Shown in pieces: positions 1 through 13,200 of a stretch of DNA of 64,000 bases. The notes under the pieces are model-generated. The model saw only the letters and a list, made by a program, of their open reading frames with translations. It did not search any database and was not told the origin of the DNA. The stretch lies in NCBI GenBank assembly GCA_040437565.1, contig JBDOQK010000016.1:310001-374000 (forward strand), given 5' to 3'. The position numbers and the translations under genes are program-made. The stretch's first letter is position 1. Each line of letters opens with the position of its first letter. The DNA comes from Albugo candida (lineage: Eukaryota).

Positions 1-174
1 GGGTATGACGCAGCTCCTGCTCAAACTCAATATCGAGAGCCCGCACCAAGGCAATTCAACACACCTTCAGCACATCCGAATGATCAAGCATTACGTGCGC
101 CTGGGCAAGCTCCTCCCGGTGCGTATGCAAATCAGAATCCACAAAATACAGCTGCTATTGGCGTGACTTTATGA
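1..174 (+). CDS. 3' end of an unknown gene; Pro/Gln/Ala-rich C-terminus (GYDAAPAQTQYREPAPRQ...AAIGVTL*)
   Basis: Frame +1 is open from base 1 to TGA at 172-174. It reads as a low-complexity protein tail followed by AT-rich UTR-like sequence. Confidence 0.5.
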   Translation, partial: GYDAAPAQTQYREPAPRQFNTPSAHPNDQALRAPGQAPPGAYANQNPQNTAAIGVTL

Positions 175-353
175 TGATGGAAGTATTGTTGTAATTTAAC
201 AGATTTTGAAGCTTTCGCATTGAATGATAAAGACATACCGAAATTGCATCTGTATTTCATAAAAATAAACAGTTTTCTTGCACAACAAGCTCGTTGACAT
301 ATCACGTTCTTTTCTCGGTCACAAAGTCACGAAGCGCCTGGTCATGATTTCGA

Positions 354-1706
354 TTAAAAGAAGCTTTCCCAATCGCTTGAGCTTGCACTGGATGTCGGCC
401 TAGCAAAATGATAAAGTTAAATTGTGATGTAAGCCTGCGTCATAATTTGTATCCGTACGCAAATGTGTTGGCCTGAGCTCCGCAAGATTCGATAGATGCC
501 GTATTTTTGTTGGGAGAACTTGCTTCCATCCAATTTCCGTTATTGAAATCCGTTGTTTCAGCGTCTGTATGCTCATTTTTCTTTTTCGAATTGATTTTGA
601 TTTTGATTTTTTCTCCATCTTTGAGCGAGTAATCCTTGGAGACATTAAGACCCGCGCGTTCTTTTTCGGCTGCGTTTTTTTCCCGTTGAAGTTCCCTAGC
701 ATTTGTGTCAGAATTCTTGCGACTAATGTATGGNNNNNNNNNNNNNNNNNNNNNNNNNNNNNNNNNNNNNNNNNNNNNNNNNNNNNNNNNNNNNNNNNNN
801 NNNNNNNNNNNNNNNNNNNNNNNNNNNNNNNNNATAATAAAGTTAAAATGTGATGTAAGCCTGCGTCATAATTTGTATCTGTACGCAAATGTGTTGGCCT
901 GAGCTCCGCAAGATTCGATGGATGCCGTATTTTTGTTGGGAGAACTTGCTTCCATCCAATTTCCGTTGTTGAAATCCGTTGTTTCAGCGTCTGTGTGCTC
1001 ATTTTTCTTTTTCGAATTGATTTTGATTTTGATTTTTTCTCCATCTTTGAGCGAGTAATCCTTGGTGACATTAAGACCCGCGCGTTCTTTATCGGCTGCG
1101 TTTTTTTCCCGTTGAAGTTCCCTAGCATTTGTGTCAGAATTATTGCGACTAGTGTATGGATCCATACTTTTGATGATCGTCAAGCGCCACATTGAAGTCA
1201 AACGCATCGCTTCGGTTCTCAAATGCAATACCGATGAATGCGTGACGACCTGGAAATGAACCATAGGTGATACGCTCGTTGTAAATATGAAGGTTTTCTA
1301 CCAGAATTCTGGTCGACAACTCGAAGTACAAAGTACCGACTGCTATCGACGACTGTAGTCAAATGAAGATGAGTCCTGCAACGCTCTTTGTCACATAAGC
1401 GCAAACCTTTCTGTACTGCAGTTGGTCCGTTTCGTTTCATCGGACATGCAGCAAATAAAGATCCGTTACTGCTATCACGGAGCTCGATCATGAGGTCCTC
1501 ATCACATGAAAAGATGGTCAAACGCCCTGTCCAAACTGGTTCTTTCGGCCAGGAATCGGCTCGATGTCCGGCCGCGGAGACTTGAGGTGGAATCTTGAAC
1601 ACAAAGCATTGATTTATCACAGCAAGTATTCTTTTCACACCTTTTAGAGATATAAGTGATAGACAGACACATTTGAGAAAGCATTTTTCGTACCAATTTC
1701 GGCCAT
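354..1706 (-). CDS. NECAP: Adaptin ear-binding coat-associated protein (NECAP/PHear domain), multi-exon; part duplicated across the gap at 734-833
   Basis: Spliced reading: [92 protein letters not shown], ending in the acidic WxxF motif SSDWESFF*. Confidence 0.9.
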
Positions 1707-1937
1707 TTTGTCGGAGCTCGCGGCGCTTCAAGGTCGACCTCTAATATAACATATCCTGTGTGTCATTGTACATCTAATGGCAATCTAGCGATAACGTCTN
1801 NNNNNNNNNNNNNNNNNNNNNNNNNNNNNNNNNNNNNNNNNNNNNNNNNNNNNNNNNNNNNNNNNNNNNNNNNNNNNNNNNNNNNNNNNNNNNNNNNNNT
1901 CTAATGGCAATCTAGCGATAACGTCTTGCAGGAACTA

Positions 1938-2363
1938 ATGTTTGGGGCTCACTTTCGCCGATTCTTGAATCATCCCACAGGACCTAGAACAACTCACTTT
2001 TGGGGTCCTGTGGCCAATTGGGGATTCGTTCTGGCGGTACCGACCTCGCAGATGCTACGTTGATCATTTTTCATGACACTCTTTGCGCAGGCGATCATGG
2101 ATATGAAAAAACCGCCTGAAATGATCTCAGTCAACATGACAATGGGTACTCAGTGCTTTGGAATGTGTCATATGCGTTTCATGTGAATTTATCGATTTGT
2201 AGCAATGTCCGTGTATAGTATACTCTTCATGCGATTTGCGTGGATGGTTCAGCCTCGAAACTATTTGCTGCTCGCTTGTCATGGATCCAACGAGACTGCA
2301 CAGCTCTATCAATTGCAGCGTGCACTTCGTCATCGCTTCGGCATAAAATCGGAGCAATCTTGA
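1938..2363 (+). CDS. MPC1: Mitochondrial pyruvate carrier (MPC1-like), 3 exons; absent from the ORF track
   Basis: Manual splicing gives MFGAHFRRFLNHPTGPRTTHFWGPVANWGFVLA/AIMDMKKPPEMISVNMTM/AMSVYSILFMRFAWMVQPRNYLLLACHGSNETAQLYQ. THFWGPxxNWG and FMRFAWMVQPRNYLL are MPC signatures, and both introns are GT-AG. Confidence 0.92.
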
Positions 2364-2432
2364 CACGAGTTCCTTTAAGGTGAATAAAGCCACTGAGCGT
2401 AAATTCTTACGACACATTGCAGGATATTACTT

Positions 2433-4127
2433 TCACATTCGAAATACGCCAAATCTACTGTCTTTGGAGCCTTCTTGAATCGCAACGGCAAGACTCAAAC
2501 CAAGGACCTTTCGGGTGTCTTCGGGTTTGATGATACCGTCATCCCAGAGCCTCGCGGTCGAGTAGTAAGGTGAACTCTCTTCTTCATACTTATCCAGAAT
2601 AGGCCGTTTGAAGTTTAATTCTTCTTCGCACGACCATTCTCCTATCCCACGCTCTATACTGTCTCTTTGCACCTGCGCCAAAACGCTCGCAGCTTGCTCG
2701 CCTCCCATCACTGAGATTCGGGCATTTGGCCACATGTAGAGGAATCGAGGAGAAAATGCTCGACCGCACATTCCATAGTTACCGGCACCATAAGAGCCTC
2801 CGACAATACAGGTGATTTTCGGGACGTCCGCACAAGCAACAGCCATGACCATTTTTGCACCATCTTTAGCTATCCCTCCGTGCTCCGCTTGCTTTCCTAC
2901 CATAAACCCCGTGACATTCTGCAAGAACAAGAGCGGGATTTCTCGTTGGCTGCACACTTGGATAAAATGTGCTGCTTTCTGTGAGGCATCGGAGAAAAGG
3001 ATCCCATTATTGGCAATGATTCCAACGAGATTTCCGTATAAACGCCCAAATCCTGTGACGATCGATGTTCCGTACAAGCTTTTAAACTCGTCAAATCGAC
3101 TCCCGTCAACAATACGCGCAATGATTTTTCGAATATCGAAAGCCTTTCTTGAGTCAGCAGGGATAACATTTCCCATTTCTGAAGGACTAAACAATGGCTC
3201 TTCGATTTCATAAAGTGGGTTTTCGTCCATTTTATAGCTTCTATCGATATTGAGATTGGAGACGATGCGTCTTGTGATTTTGAGAGCCTCTTGATCATTC
3301 TCCGCAAAATGATCCGTTACTCCAGACTGGCGACAATGTACGTCAGCCCCACCAAGTTCCTCAGGAGTGACGATTTCCCCCGTTGCAGCTTTCACCAGCG
3401 GAGGGCCACCCAAAAAGATTGACCCTGTTCGTTTCACTATCACACTCTCATCGCACATCGCGGGTACATACGCCCCACCGGCCGTACATGATCCCATCAC
3501 AACAGCAATTTGCGGTATTCCCATCGCCGACATCCTGGCTTGATTATAGAATTCCCGACCAAAATGGTTTTTATCGGGGAAGATCTCTGATTGTAAAGGT
3601 AAATATGCTCCACCCGAGTCGACCATGTAGATGCAAGGTAGGCCATTATCCCGTGCGATCTCTTGCGCTCGTAGATGTTTTTTTACAGTCAAAGGGAAGT
3701 AAGTTCCGCCTTTCACAGTTGCATCGTTTGCCAGGATAATGCACTTGACTCCATGAACACATCCAATTCCCGTCACAATTCCTGCCGATGGGACTTCTCC
3801 TTCATACATATTGAAAGCTGCCAAGGGACTGAGTTCAAGAAAGGGAGAGCCAGGATCAATTAGCGCATCTATTCGGTCCCTGACGAGCAATTTTCCTCGC
3901 ATAAGATGTCGCTCTCTTGACTTTATATCTCCTCCGAGGCGAACTTGATCCATGCATTGGCCAAAAGTTTCTACCAATTGCGTCATATGTTTCTCATTTT
4001 CAGCGTATTCAAGCGTGTTAGTGTCCAGTCTCCCATTCAGTACGTTTTGTGCGCTTCTTGTACAGTGTCTACTAGTCAGAATCCATCGACTTTTTCGCTT
4101 CAAACGCAATGAGAGTTCCCGCAACAT
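2433..4127 (-). CDS. MCCC2: Methylcrotonyl-CoA carboxylase beta subunit (carboxyltransferase) with mitochondrial presequence
   Basis: Motifs [54 protein letters not shown] and ARLWDDGII, with the typical C-terminus FGVFRM. Confidence 0.95.
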   Translation of the reverse strand: MLRELSLRLKRKSRWILTSRHCTRSAQNVLNGRLDTNTLEYAENEKHMTQLVETFGQCMDQVRLGGDIKSRERHLMRGKLLVRDRIDALIDPGSPFLELSPLAAFNMYEGEVPSAGIVTGIGCVHGVKCIILANDATVKGGTYFPLTVKKHLRAQEIARDNGLPCIYMVDSGGAYLPLQSEIFPDKNHFGREFYNQARMSAMGIPQIAVVMGSCTAGGAYVPAMCDESVIVKRTGSIFLGGPPLVKAATGEIVTPEELGGADVHCRQSGVTDHFAENDQEALKITRRIVSNLNIDRSYKMDENPLYEIEEPLFSPSEMGNVIPADSRKAFDIRKIIARIVDGSRFDEFKSLYGTSIVTGFGRLYGNLVGIIANNGILFSDASQKAAHFIQVCSQREIPLLFLQNVTGFMVGKQAEHGGIAKDGAKMVMAVACADVPKITCIVGGSYGAGNYGMCGRAFSPRFLYMWPNARISVMGGEQAASVLAQVQRDSIERGIGEWSCEEELNFKRPILDKYEEESSPYYSTARLWDDGIIKPEDTRKVLGLSLAVAIQEGSKDSRFGVFRM

Positions 4128-4293
4128 AAAGTCAACTTTCCTTTTTATCAAACTTCAACTTCAAGGAATCCGTTAATTACGATTATGAACTAGATACCCT
4201 GCTTGAACCTCGCTTCAATGACCTTACTGTCGGTTGTTTATCAAGAATTACTTATGAATACATATAGGTTGCTGGTATTACATTTATAGCTTT

Positions 4294-5472
4294 TCAAGTA
4301 CGATCGACTTGTATGGCGGACGTACTTGCTGCTTCTTGATCTCGTTGGTTTTGCTGATAAAACTGTATGGCTGCAAATTGATCTTCTCCTGCTGCTAATT
4401 CCAAAGCCAATGCGAAATCAGAATCGGTATACATCCAATCTTGCCGTTGGCTTCCTGGATATTGCAATGCTTCACTGGATAATGATATAGGTAGATATGT
4501 TTTGACGTAGTCAGTGACTGTTGTCATCGTGATGGAATCGGATTGGACTGTTTGTGCCTCGACGTGTAATATTTCAGAGCGAGTAAAGTCCTCCTCCATG
4601 AAATCGGATGAATCTCCTAGTTCTAAAAACTCATAAATTCGAGCGATAAGGTCATTAGCATATGAACTGATGTCGTCGATCTCATTCGTCATGAGTTGCC
4701 ATAGATCTTCCCCTTCCGTGCAATTTATGCTGGCTCGACAGGTTGGGCAGGATTTTTGCTGTCCGCTCCTACAAGGACGGACGTTAATAGTGTCGTCAAT
4801 GTGCTACTTAGAGATGTACCAGTTCTTGACACATGTGAGACAAAAGCTGTGGGTGCATTCAAGCACGATCTGTTTTCTTTCATCCATGCAAATAGGACAC
4901 TCCATTTCTTCAATCGTGTGGTCTCTACAAGAACATATCGTTCGAATTGGGACTGTAAGGCGGTGAATGAACGTACAATATCCCATTAGTTGGTATCGTA
5001 TGCAGTGCGCAAGATTTCACATCTGATAAATAATTGTAAATACAATAGAACTGGTGAATTGTGACGATTTTGGCTTGACCAATGCATTCGGTCGATGTTG
5101 GAATGCAACTAAAGCAGGGGTTTGTCCCACTTCTTTCTCGCTCAATTGCATCCGAAATCTCGTGTTCTTGCCTTCGATTTTTGCGAACTTCCACCAATAC
5201 CTTTTGTTCCAATTAGTGCTGTTGCAAACAGAAGAAATATGAATGGTAAAGTTACATTTCTACCACGTTTCCACATTTTTGGCACTAATTGTGGAGTGAG
5301 ACGTGGATGAAGAAGGACACGGAATGTTAGGTAACAATGTTGCGGTGTTGGACACAATTTTGCCCTACAAAAGTAGAATATAGAAACACGATACAAAATA
5401 TAAACAATCACGCGATTCGTACCATTCATTCGCTTGACTCAAATGCAATGCAAAATCGTCGTATGCTCGCAT
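4294..5472 (-). CDS. C3HC4 RING finger protein (RNF141-like), multi-exon
   Basis: ECPICMDERKQIVLECTHSFCLTCVKNW...KSCPTCR. Exons pieced together from ORFs 5142-5429, 4925-5212, 4804-4986 and 4294-4692, with a putative ATG at 5472 followed by a GT-AG intron. Confidence 0.75.
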
Positions 5473-6028
5473 TTTATTGGCAATTCGCTCAGACATCTTT
5501 TCTTCTTGTGCACAGGTCGACTTTGTTTGACCCATTTTCTTTATTTAGTGATCGAGTGAGGAGCAGAGAAGACGAAAAAATCGCGATACAATCGGTATAA
5601 ATTCATACATTTCAACACTGAATAATATAAGAGATAAACAGTGTTTTGTAATTGTTTTGTGGCAGGCTTTAGTGCATGAGATGAAAGTCCCTCTTCAACN
5701 NNNNNNNNNNNNNNNNNNNNNNNNNNNNNNNNNNNNNNNNNNNNNNNNNNNNNNNNNNNNNNNNNNNNNNNNNNNNNNNNNNNNNNNNNNNNNNNNNNNG
5801 CATGAGATGAAAGTCCCTCTTCAACCTTATAGACACGGCTTATGTATAAAAGCTCTTGGAATTAGTGATTGACATGCGTTATATCATTGGGCGTATTGTG
5901 CTAATCCCATAAATTGAAGACCCCTATAACTCATCATGCTTGTACCCACGATATCTCCGCTGTGATGTGTCATCAATTTGATGCATGGTGATATTCATTA
6001 TTGCAAAACACTTTAGAGACAAAGACGA

Positions 6029-6802
6029 ATGGCGGACAATGAGAACGCACTAACTGACGCTTCCGCAAACTTTCACTCGTTAGATGATAATATAGCTTGC
6101 GAGAAAGGTTCTTTACACAAGCAATTGCCTCCTATCAACGTTATCGTACATACCCCAAAAGCTCAGAATAATGACCTCGCCGCTGAGCGAGCAGAAGATG
6201 ATGCAAATAGTGTGGTGCATATCCCGGTTCTCATACCCAATGTCGAAAACGCTGTCTTACTCACTAAACATCAGAAAAACTGTAATAAAATCTCCGTCGC
6301 TATAATGGTGTATTACATGTTAACATTAGTTGCGGGCCAGCCCTTGCTCACATATATACTCGGAATGCTCACTGGAATTTGTGGATATTTTGGATCCCGA
6401 TCGCCTATCACAATCCACAAGTTAAAACTGGTATATCTTTTCAACATACTCAATTACACAATGGTGCTTTTTGGCTTATTAATATGTCTGNNNNNNNNNN
6501 NNNNNNNNNNNNNNNNNNNNNNNNNNNNNNNNNNNNNNNNNNNNNNNNNNNNNNNNNNNNNNNNNNNNNNNNNNNNNNNNNNNNNNNNNNACACAATGGT
6601 GCTTTTTGGCTTATTAATATGTCTGGATCCAATCGCCTATAGTCCTGCAGAGTCACAAATGCAGGATAGTTGGATCACCATCTCGAGCACGACAGCCAGA
6701 ATCGTGATTTGTGTCCTTCTTGGAGTCAGTAACGCATTGCTGCATATCGTATCGATCCGAATGATCATGCCTTTTAAAAACTATCTTGCCAGTGGAATCT
6801 GA
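6029..6802 (+). CDS. Hypothetical multi-pass membrane protein (acidic N-tail plus ~4 hydrophobic segments)
   Basis: ATG-initiated ORF continuous across the gap after collapsing the overlap, with hydrophobic helices. No family recognised. Confidence 0.6.
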   Translation: MADNENALTDASANFHSLDDNIACEKGSLHKQLPPINVIVHTPKAQNNDLAAERAEDDANSVVHIPVLIPNVENAVLLTKHQKNCNKISVAIMVYYMLTLVAGQPLLTYILGMLTGICGYFGSRSPITIHKLKLVYLFNILNYTMVLFGLLICLXXXXXXXXXXXXXXXXXXXXXXXXXXXXXXXXXXTMVLFGLLICLDPIAYSPAESQMQDSWITISSTTARIVICVLLGVSNALLHIVSIRMIMPFKNYLASGI

Positions 6803-6959
6803 TGATCATCTCTCCCACTATGACAGTACATGCAGCATCGAAAATTGAATTGATACAAAATGCGGAATTTAATGCTTTGTAGACTTTTAGTTATACTCAT
6901 TTACAAAAACTTTTCATAAAATTCTGATTTTGTGTAATGCAAAGTGTTTTCTGCTCTTG

Positions 6960-7835
6960 TCAAAAAAATTTCAACAAATCATCTGCGTCACATAAATGCA
7001 GCGCTTTTTCGTCCTGCAGAAGGAAGTCGATATTTGATCCTTCCGGCCACTCCAATAAGTGTGCGTCACTTCTTCTGAATAATGCTTGAGAAGGTTCCGA
7101 TCCATTCATAGCAGTAGTCGGCGCATCCGACACAATGAGTGGTGGATTAATGTATGCGAATTCGCCGGAAACTTTTAATCTCTTAGGCCAAGTTTCCCCA
7201 TATAATTGAGGCATTTGGACTTCCGGATATAACATAGTACGCGGTTGTGCTATAGATTGTGCTTGAAGATCACTCACGCTCTTGTTTCGTGCTGGTTCTC
7301 GAGCAGATATCAAAGTTTTTACCATATTGGTCAATCCCGTGAGCTGTTCCATCAATTGCGCAACTTGACCTTGCAGTCGATCTACATTGCTTTTCAAAGT
7401 TTCTACTTCGTGTTTTTCGGGAGGAGTTGCGTCTGAGTACGTCTTCCTTCTGATTTCCGACATTAGTTGTTTCTTTCCCCGTATAAATTTTTCATGATAA
7501 AATTCCCACCAATGCTTTGCTTCATCTTCCTCCACTGCGATCATAACCTCATCTTTTTTATGCTTTCGAAAGCCATAAAAATTAAGCTGTCGAACAAAAC
7601 TGCTAAACTTGTTATGTTTGAAATATTGTGGAAGCATTTCACGAGCAAAATCACGTGGATTCTTTATTATAAACGACTGTCCCGAAGCAGACCAGGAGGC
7701 GAGATGCTTGGGCGCCGACTCGATCATATCGTATGTCTTCTGCAGGAAAAGGGGCACCGAGATGGATTCACATGGCGTTCCTCGCGAGATAAGTAAACCA
7801 CTTGAACTCCGTTTTCGTACGCATTCCGTTTTCAT
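6960..7835 (-). CDS. Heat-shock factor (HSF)-type transcription factor
   Basis: HSF DNA-binding domain PLFLQKTYDMI..SWSASGQSFII..LPQYFKHNKFSSFVRQLNFYGFRK..WEFYHEKFIRG..IRRK, followed by a coiled coil. Confidence 0.93.
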   Translation of the reverse strand: MKTECVRKRSSSGLLISRGTPCESISVPLFLQKTYDMIESAPKHLASWSASGQSFIIKNPRDFAREMLPQYFKHNKFSSFVRQLNFYGFRKHKKDEVMIAVEEDEAKHWWEFYHEKFIRGKKQLMSEIRRKTYSDATPPEKHEVETLKSNVDRLQGQVAQLMEQLTGLTNMVKTLISAREPARNKSVSDLQAQSIAQPRTMLYPEVQMPQLYGETWPKRLKVSGEFAYINPPLIVSDAPTTAMNGSEPSQALFRRSDAHLLEWPEGSNIDFLLQDEKALHLCDADDLLKFF

Positions 7836-8191
7836 GTTTTTGCTTCCTTTGTAGCGTTTCAAGCTGGGAATGAGCAGAGAGTAGGGATAGTGACCTAATT
7901 GCCCTAGTTCAGAACCTCGAATGTGAGGTTATAAGTTTGACTGGCTGAACCTTTATTAATAAATATTCTTGCTGTTAGAAGATAAAGTGGTCGAGCAATC
8001 CTTATACGAAGAACTTGTCTAAGTTAGTATGAGTTGACAAGTACGGCTGCTGTAACGATACTTTACTGGTAAGGTTTTACATTAAAATACATAGTGCAGA
8101 TATCGGACATCTCCGACATGCTGTCAAGAATGTCAATGAGACAATTTTGACAGCATTTCGAGGGGAACTTTTACGTCACACGCTTTTCACC

Positions 8192-8783
8192 ATGTATTCT
8201 GTTTGGACTAGGGCGAATGCGATTTTATTCATGTCTTTGAGCGTCTTAGGGATTCTTGCGGCGCTCACGACTATTACGACTCTACTTCATGTCGACAATG
8301 TTTCTGTTGAGAAACTTGAAATGAGTAGTTTCCACTCGCTAAGAAGATACCGGGACAAAACGGACCGTGCTACAATTGCTTTTGATTTGAAAGCGGGTGA
8401 GGAGAATGCGCTGTGGCTGTTACTCATTTTTTAATTCCACCGCTTTCGTAGACCTGAGTTCGATATTCAATTGGAATGTAAAGCAAGTTTTTCTGTACAT
8501 TGTCGCTGAATATAAAACTTCGCAAAATATGATGAATGAAGTCGTCATATGGGATCACATAATTGGTAAAATGGAAGATGCAAATCTGGATTACGATGAT
8601 GAAATGGTCAAGTACTTCTTAGCAAGTCAATACGACGATCTTCGTGGCGCAAATGTTACTCTTCGTTTGGAGTGGGATGTCATGCCGGTTTGTGGAATGC
8701 TCTACAAAGGTTCTTATCGCTCATACAAGGGGAGCCTTTTATTGCCATCCTCCTATCAAGGATCTGCGTCGGATATGAATTAG
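8192..8783 (+). CDS. SPCS3: Signal peptidase complex subunit 3 (SPC22/23), 2 exons
   Basis: MYSVWTRANA..TM..FDLKA/DLSSIFNWNVKQVFLYIVAEY..NEVVIWDHII..KYFL..WDVMPVCG. Confidence 0.92.
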
Positions 8784-9063
8784 AAATAGAATAATTCTAG
8801 GATGCTGGAGAGTACACTTACCATAAGAAAATCATTTTTTTGCATTCCACTTTCGCTNNNNNNNNNNNNNNNNNNNNNNNNNNNNNNNNNNNNNNNNNNN
8901 NNNNNNNNNNNNNNNNNNNNNNNNNNNNNNNNNNNNNNNNNNNNNNNNNNNNNNNNNGAAAATCATTTTTTTGCATTCCACTTTCGCTTAGGATAAGACC
9001 TGTTTTTATGTGGCAAAACGCTATAACTTGTGAAGGGGATTGCAAGAATCTTAATTTGTCGAA

Positions 9064-10022
9064 ATGGTGAGCAATTTTATAGGCTTGATTTGGATGAATG
9101 CATGTCGTTATTGTGACAATGCTGAAATAGTCGATACTATCGTATAATGGTTCTGCTATAATTGCAATGGCGGGAAAAGATTGCGTCGGAATTGCATGGT
9201 ATTTACTCTCTCCAAAACGTATCATGAATATTACTGAGAATTGCTCGTAGTGATACTCGCTTAGGATTACAAGCTCAAACTATATCGACAAATTTTCAAA
9301 AGGTGTTCCGCGTTAGCGACAAGATATTTCTCGGATTAGCGGGACTTGCGACCGATGTCCAGACTGTGTCCCAATTGTAAGCTCCTTTATTGTTATCTAT
9401 AGTACATGTGGCATCAAGACTTTCTTTTAAGACTGAAATTCAAAGTTAACATGTACAAAATGAATGAGGAAAGAGATCTCAAACCAGAGACTTTAAGCTC
9501 ATATTTATCAGCAATGATGTACAAGAAACGGTACGCAGATTCGTTTTTGCTTACAAGGTCATGCTCCTATCGTGCGAGTGGATAGATTTGGGCCTTGGTT
9601 TATTGAACCGGTGATTGCTGGTCTTACCGCCGATAATCAGCCATTTTTGTCGAGTATGGATTGTCTGGGATGTGAAATGAAGACAAAAGATTTCGTTGTC
9701 GCTGGTACTATGGAAGAAGCTCTCTATGGGATGTGTGAGTCGATGTATCGACCAGACATGGTGAGCGCATTTTTACCGCAGAGACCCATTGATCTCGGGT
9801 TAATGTGAACCACTTGAATGCAGGAAAGTGAAGATCTATTCGAAACCTTATCGCAATGCCTTCTTTCAGCATGCAACCGTGACGCTCTTTCAGGATGGGG
9901 AGCCGTAGTATACATCATGTGAGTACTATTTTCAAACCCTCTAAGCTCATTAGGCTAAACAATTCTTATCCAGCACTTCAAAAGGCATCATATCACGCAC
10001 TTTAAAATCTCGTCAAGATTAA
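9064..10022 (+). CDS. PSMB3: Proteasome subunit beta 3, multi-exon (largely missed by the ORF track)
   Basis: M/SILSYNGSAIIAMAGKDCVGIA..DTRLGLQAQTISTNFQKVF..GLAGLATDVQT..RFGPWFIEPVIAGL..DFVVAGT..LYGMCES..LFETLSQCLLSACNRDALSGWGAVV..RTLKSRQD*. Confidence 0.95.
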
Positions 10023-10267
10023 GCNNNNNNNNNNNNNNNNNNNNNNNNNNNNNNNNNNNNNNNNNNNNNNNNNNNNNNNNNNNNNNNNNNNNNNNNNNNN
10101 NNNNNNNNNNNNNNNNNNNNNNNNTAATTCTTATCCAGCACTTCGAAAGGCATCATATCACGCACTTTAAAGTCTCGTCAAGATTAAGCGATACATACCA
10201 TACCGAACTTACTAAACGAACGTAACATGTTATCGCTTTTTTCCCAGTCTTCTATACCAGGCGTATA

Positions 10268-13200
10268 ATGAATCCACCCCATAACGCTGCCTCTGAGAAT
10301 CCTCTTCCTTGGGGAATTGAGGAGGAGGATATGGAACCAGGTTCCTTACACTCCCTCACAGACGATAAGCTCGCTCGTTTTGTCATTGGTCATCAAACAA
10401 AAACAAAATTTGAAAAAGTATACCTTTTCTATTGTGTTCTATTATCCAATAACTGATGCATTTCTGGCTCGAATCATTCTCCATACATTATTTATCTGTT
10501 CAACTCTCAAGGAAAGAGAAGAACGAGAAGCGAAAAAGATCAAGGCTGATGAAGAAGCTGCCGCCATTTATGCTCAATTTGTCGCCTCCTTTGAGCACAT
10601 AGAGAATGACCAGGCACCAATGTTTGTCCAGGTACGAGTTTCCAGCATAAGTGCATGCTATGATATAAACCGTTCTTATAGGCCAAAAGTGACGTAAAAT
10701 CGGGACACAATGACTCTGTTCAAACGCTCGGTTTTTCTTCCGACACAAATGCGTCCAACAAGCAACGTGGTACCAAACGGGCATTTCTATCGGCACACGA
10801 GCTACAGGTACAAAGCGCTTCGTCGAATGAAGCATCTGTTGGATCGAAGAGAGCCTCGAAACGGTCCGAAATGGATAAGATGCTGGAAGAAATGAAACAA
10901 AACGATTTAGAGCGACAGCACCGTAAGGAACAGTATCAGCAGAAACAGACAAAACGCCGTCAAATTGATGATTTCCTGCAAGAAATCAAAGAGAGGTATT
11001 TTGCATTATATACTCAGTTTATTGGGCTTATACCGTTCTTAGAGAGCCATTACCACCCAACATCGAAGAACTCGGGCCAACAAAGGGATCTTTTGACAAT
11101 GGTGATCCCTGTACGACAAATCTTTATGTTGGGAATCTTGCTCCCTCCATCACAGAACAGCTTTTGGAGGAAGAATTCGGCAAATTTGGCCAAGTGTATT
11201 CGGTCAAGATTATGTGGCCACGGACGGAAGATGAACGACTGCGTAGACGGATTTGTGGATTTGTCAGTTTTTTTACGCGCGAAGATGCCGATGAAGCACG
11301 TGTCGCATTGAACAATCGAGAGGTACGCACATGAGTTCGAGTGCAAACGCTAGAGCTTCCATCCGCCGCTCAACCAACCAAAAATTGTTATATTGAATGT
11401 ATCAGCTGAATGGACAAGAGATCGTCGTTGGATGGGGTAAAGCTGTGAGAATTGATCCGAATGCACGTCATGTACGCTTTCCAAGTTGGATTTTTTGTAA
11501 TTTGCAACCATGCTAACCGCGTGTTATCAAAAGTTACGAGCAATCCAACGCGCGAATGCAGACGCAGTTCCGCCAATTTTGTCGACTAGTGTTCCACCGA
11601 TAAGCAGAAGAGAACAGCGAATTATTGTCACTATTCCGAGTGAGGAACGACTTCGGGAACGAGTCGATATCTTGGCTAGATTTGTTGCAAGAAATGGAGC
11701 GTGCTTTGAAACACAACTTGCATTACGTGAGGCTTCAAACCCAGATTTCGCGTTTTTGTCGGAATCAATGGATTCAACGACAGCTGCTTCTCCTCTCTAT
11801 CTGTATTATCGATGGAGAGTGTACTCATTCGCAGTGGGAGATACCTCAAGTCAATGGCTCGACGAACCTTTCCGGATGATTGCTGATGGGCCAATATGGG
11901 TTCCTCCTGAAATTCCAAGTAGCTCCATGTATAGGATGAAAAGGTCGTCAAGGTCTTCTTCGCGCTCGAGATCTCGATCTCGATACCGAAGCCAACGGAA
12001 TTATACTCACAAACATCAGAGTCGTGGAAGTAGCTCAAGTAAGAGTTGGAGAAGTAATAGTAGCAGTCGGAGTCGGAGTCGGAGCCAAAGTCGGAGCCAA
12101 AGTCGAAGCCGAGGCCGAAAGCGGAGCCGGNNNNNNNNNNNNNNNNNNNNNNNNNNNNNNNNNNNNNNNNNNNNNNNNNNNNNNNNNNNNNNNNNNNNNN
12201 NNNNNNNNNNNNNNNNNNNNNNNNNNNNNNTTTTGTCGACTAGTGTTCCACCGATAAGCAGAAGAGAACAGCGAATTATTGTCACTATTCCGAGTGAGGA
12301 ACGACTTCGGGAACGAGTCGATATCTTGGCTAGATTTGTTGCAAGAAATGGAGCGTGCTTTGAAACACAACTTGCATTACGTGAGGCTTCAAACCCAGAT
12401 TTCGCGTTTTTGTCGGAATCAATGGATTCAACGACAGCTGCTTCTCCTCTCTATCTGTATTATCGATGGAGAGTGTACTCATTCGCAGTGGGAGATACCT
12501 CAAGTCAATGGCTCGACGAACCTTTCCGGATGATTGCTGATGGGCCAATATGGGTTCCTCCTGAAATTCCAAGTAGCTCCATGTATAGGATGAAAAGGTC
12601 GTCAAGGTCTTCTTCGCGCTCGAGATCTCGATCTCGATACCGAAGCCAACGGAATTATACTCACAAACATCAGAGTCGTGGAAGTAGCTCAAGTAAGAGT
12701 TGGAGAAGTAATAGTAGCAGTCGGAGTCGGAGTCGGAGCCAAAGTCGGAGCCAAAGTCGAAGCCGAGGCCGAAAGCGGAGCCGGAGCCGGAGCTGGAGCC
12801 AAAGTCGAAGCAGAGGCCGAAGCCAAAGTCGAAGCCGAAGCCAAAGTCGAAGCCGAAGCCAAAGTCGAAGCTCTGGTAGTAGCCAAAATCAATACCGCGG
12901 TCGTCAAAGATCACCAAATGCCTGGGGAAGGAGTCGTGATCGAGCTGATCCGAAACAAAGTTGTGAAAGTCGCTTCCAAGCGTCTGGTAAAAGAGGATTC
13001 AAGGGTAGATCATCATCCATATCTCGATCTCGTCCGTCATCACGATCGTCATCACGATCGTCACCAAGTAGCCGCGAATCAAATCGTCAGGTACGGGGTA
13101 AGCGCTCACAAAGTCCCATCAGACAAGAACGAGCTGCTTCACAAGANNNNNNNNNNNNNNNNNNNNNNNNNNNNNNNNNNNNNNNNNNNNNNNNNNNNNN

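Noticed and set aside
2812-3863. Numerous antisense or overlapping ORFs within MCCC2 (also within purH, the P5A ATPase, myosin and the GTPase)
   Set aside because: These are shadow ORFs with no recognisable motifs.
12720-12870. Short tandem repeats as a possible CRISPR array or satellite
   Set aside because: There are no unique spacers, the context is eukaryotic, and the repeats encode an RS domain.
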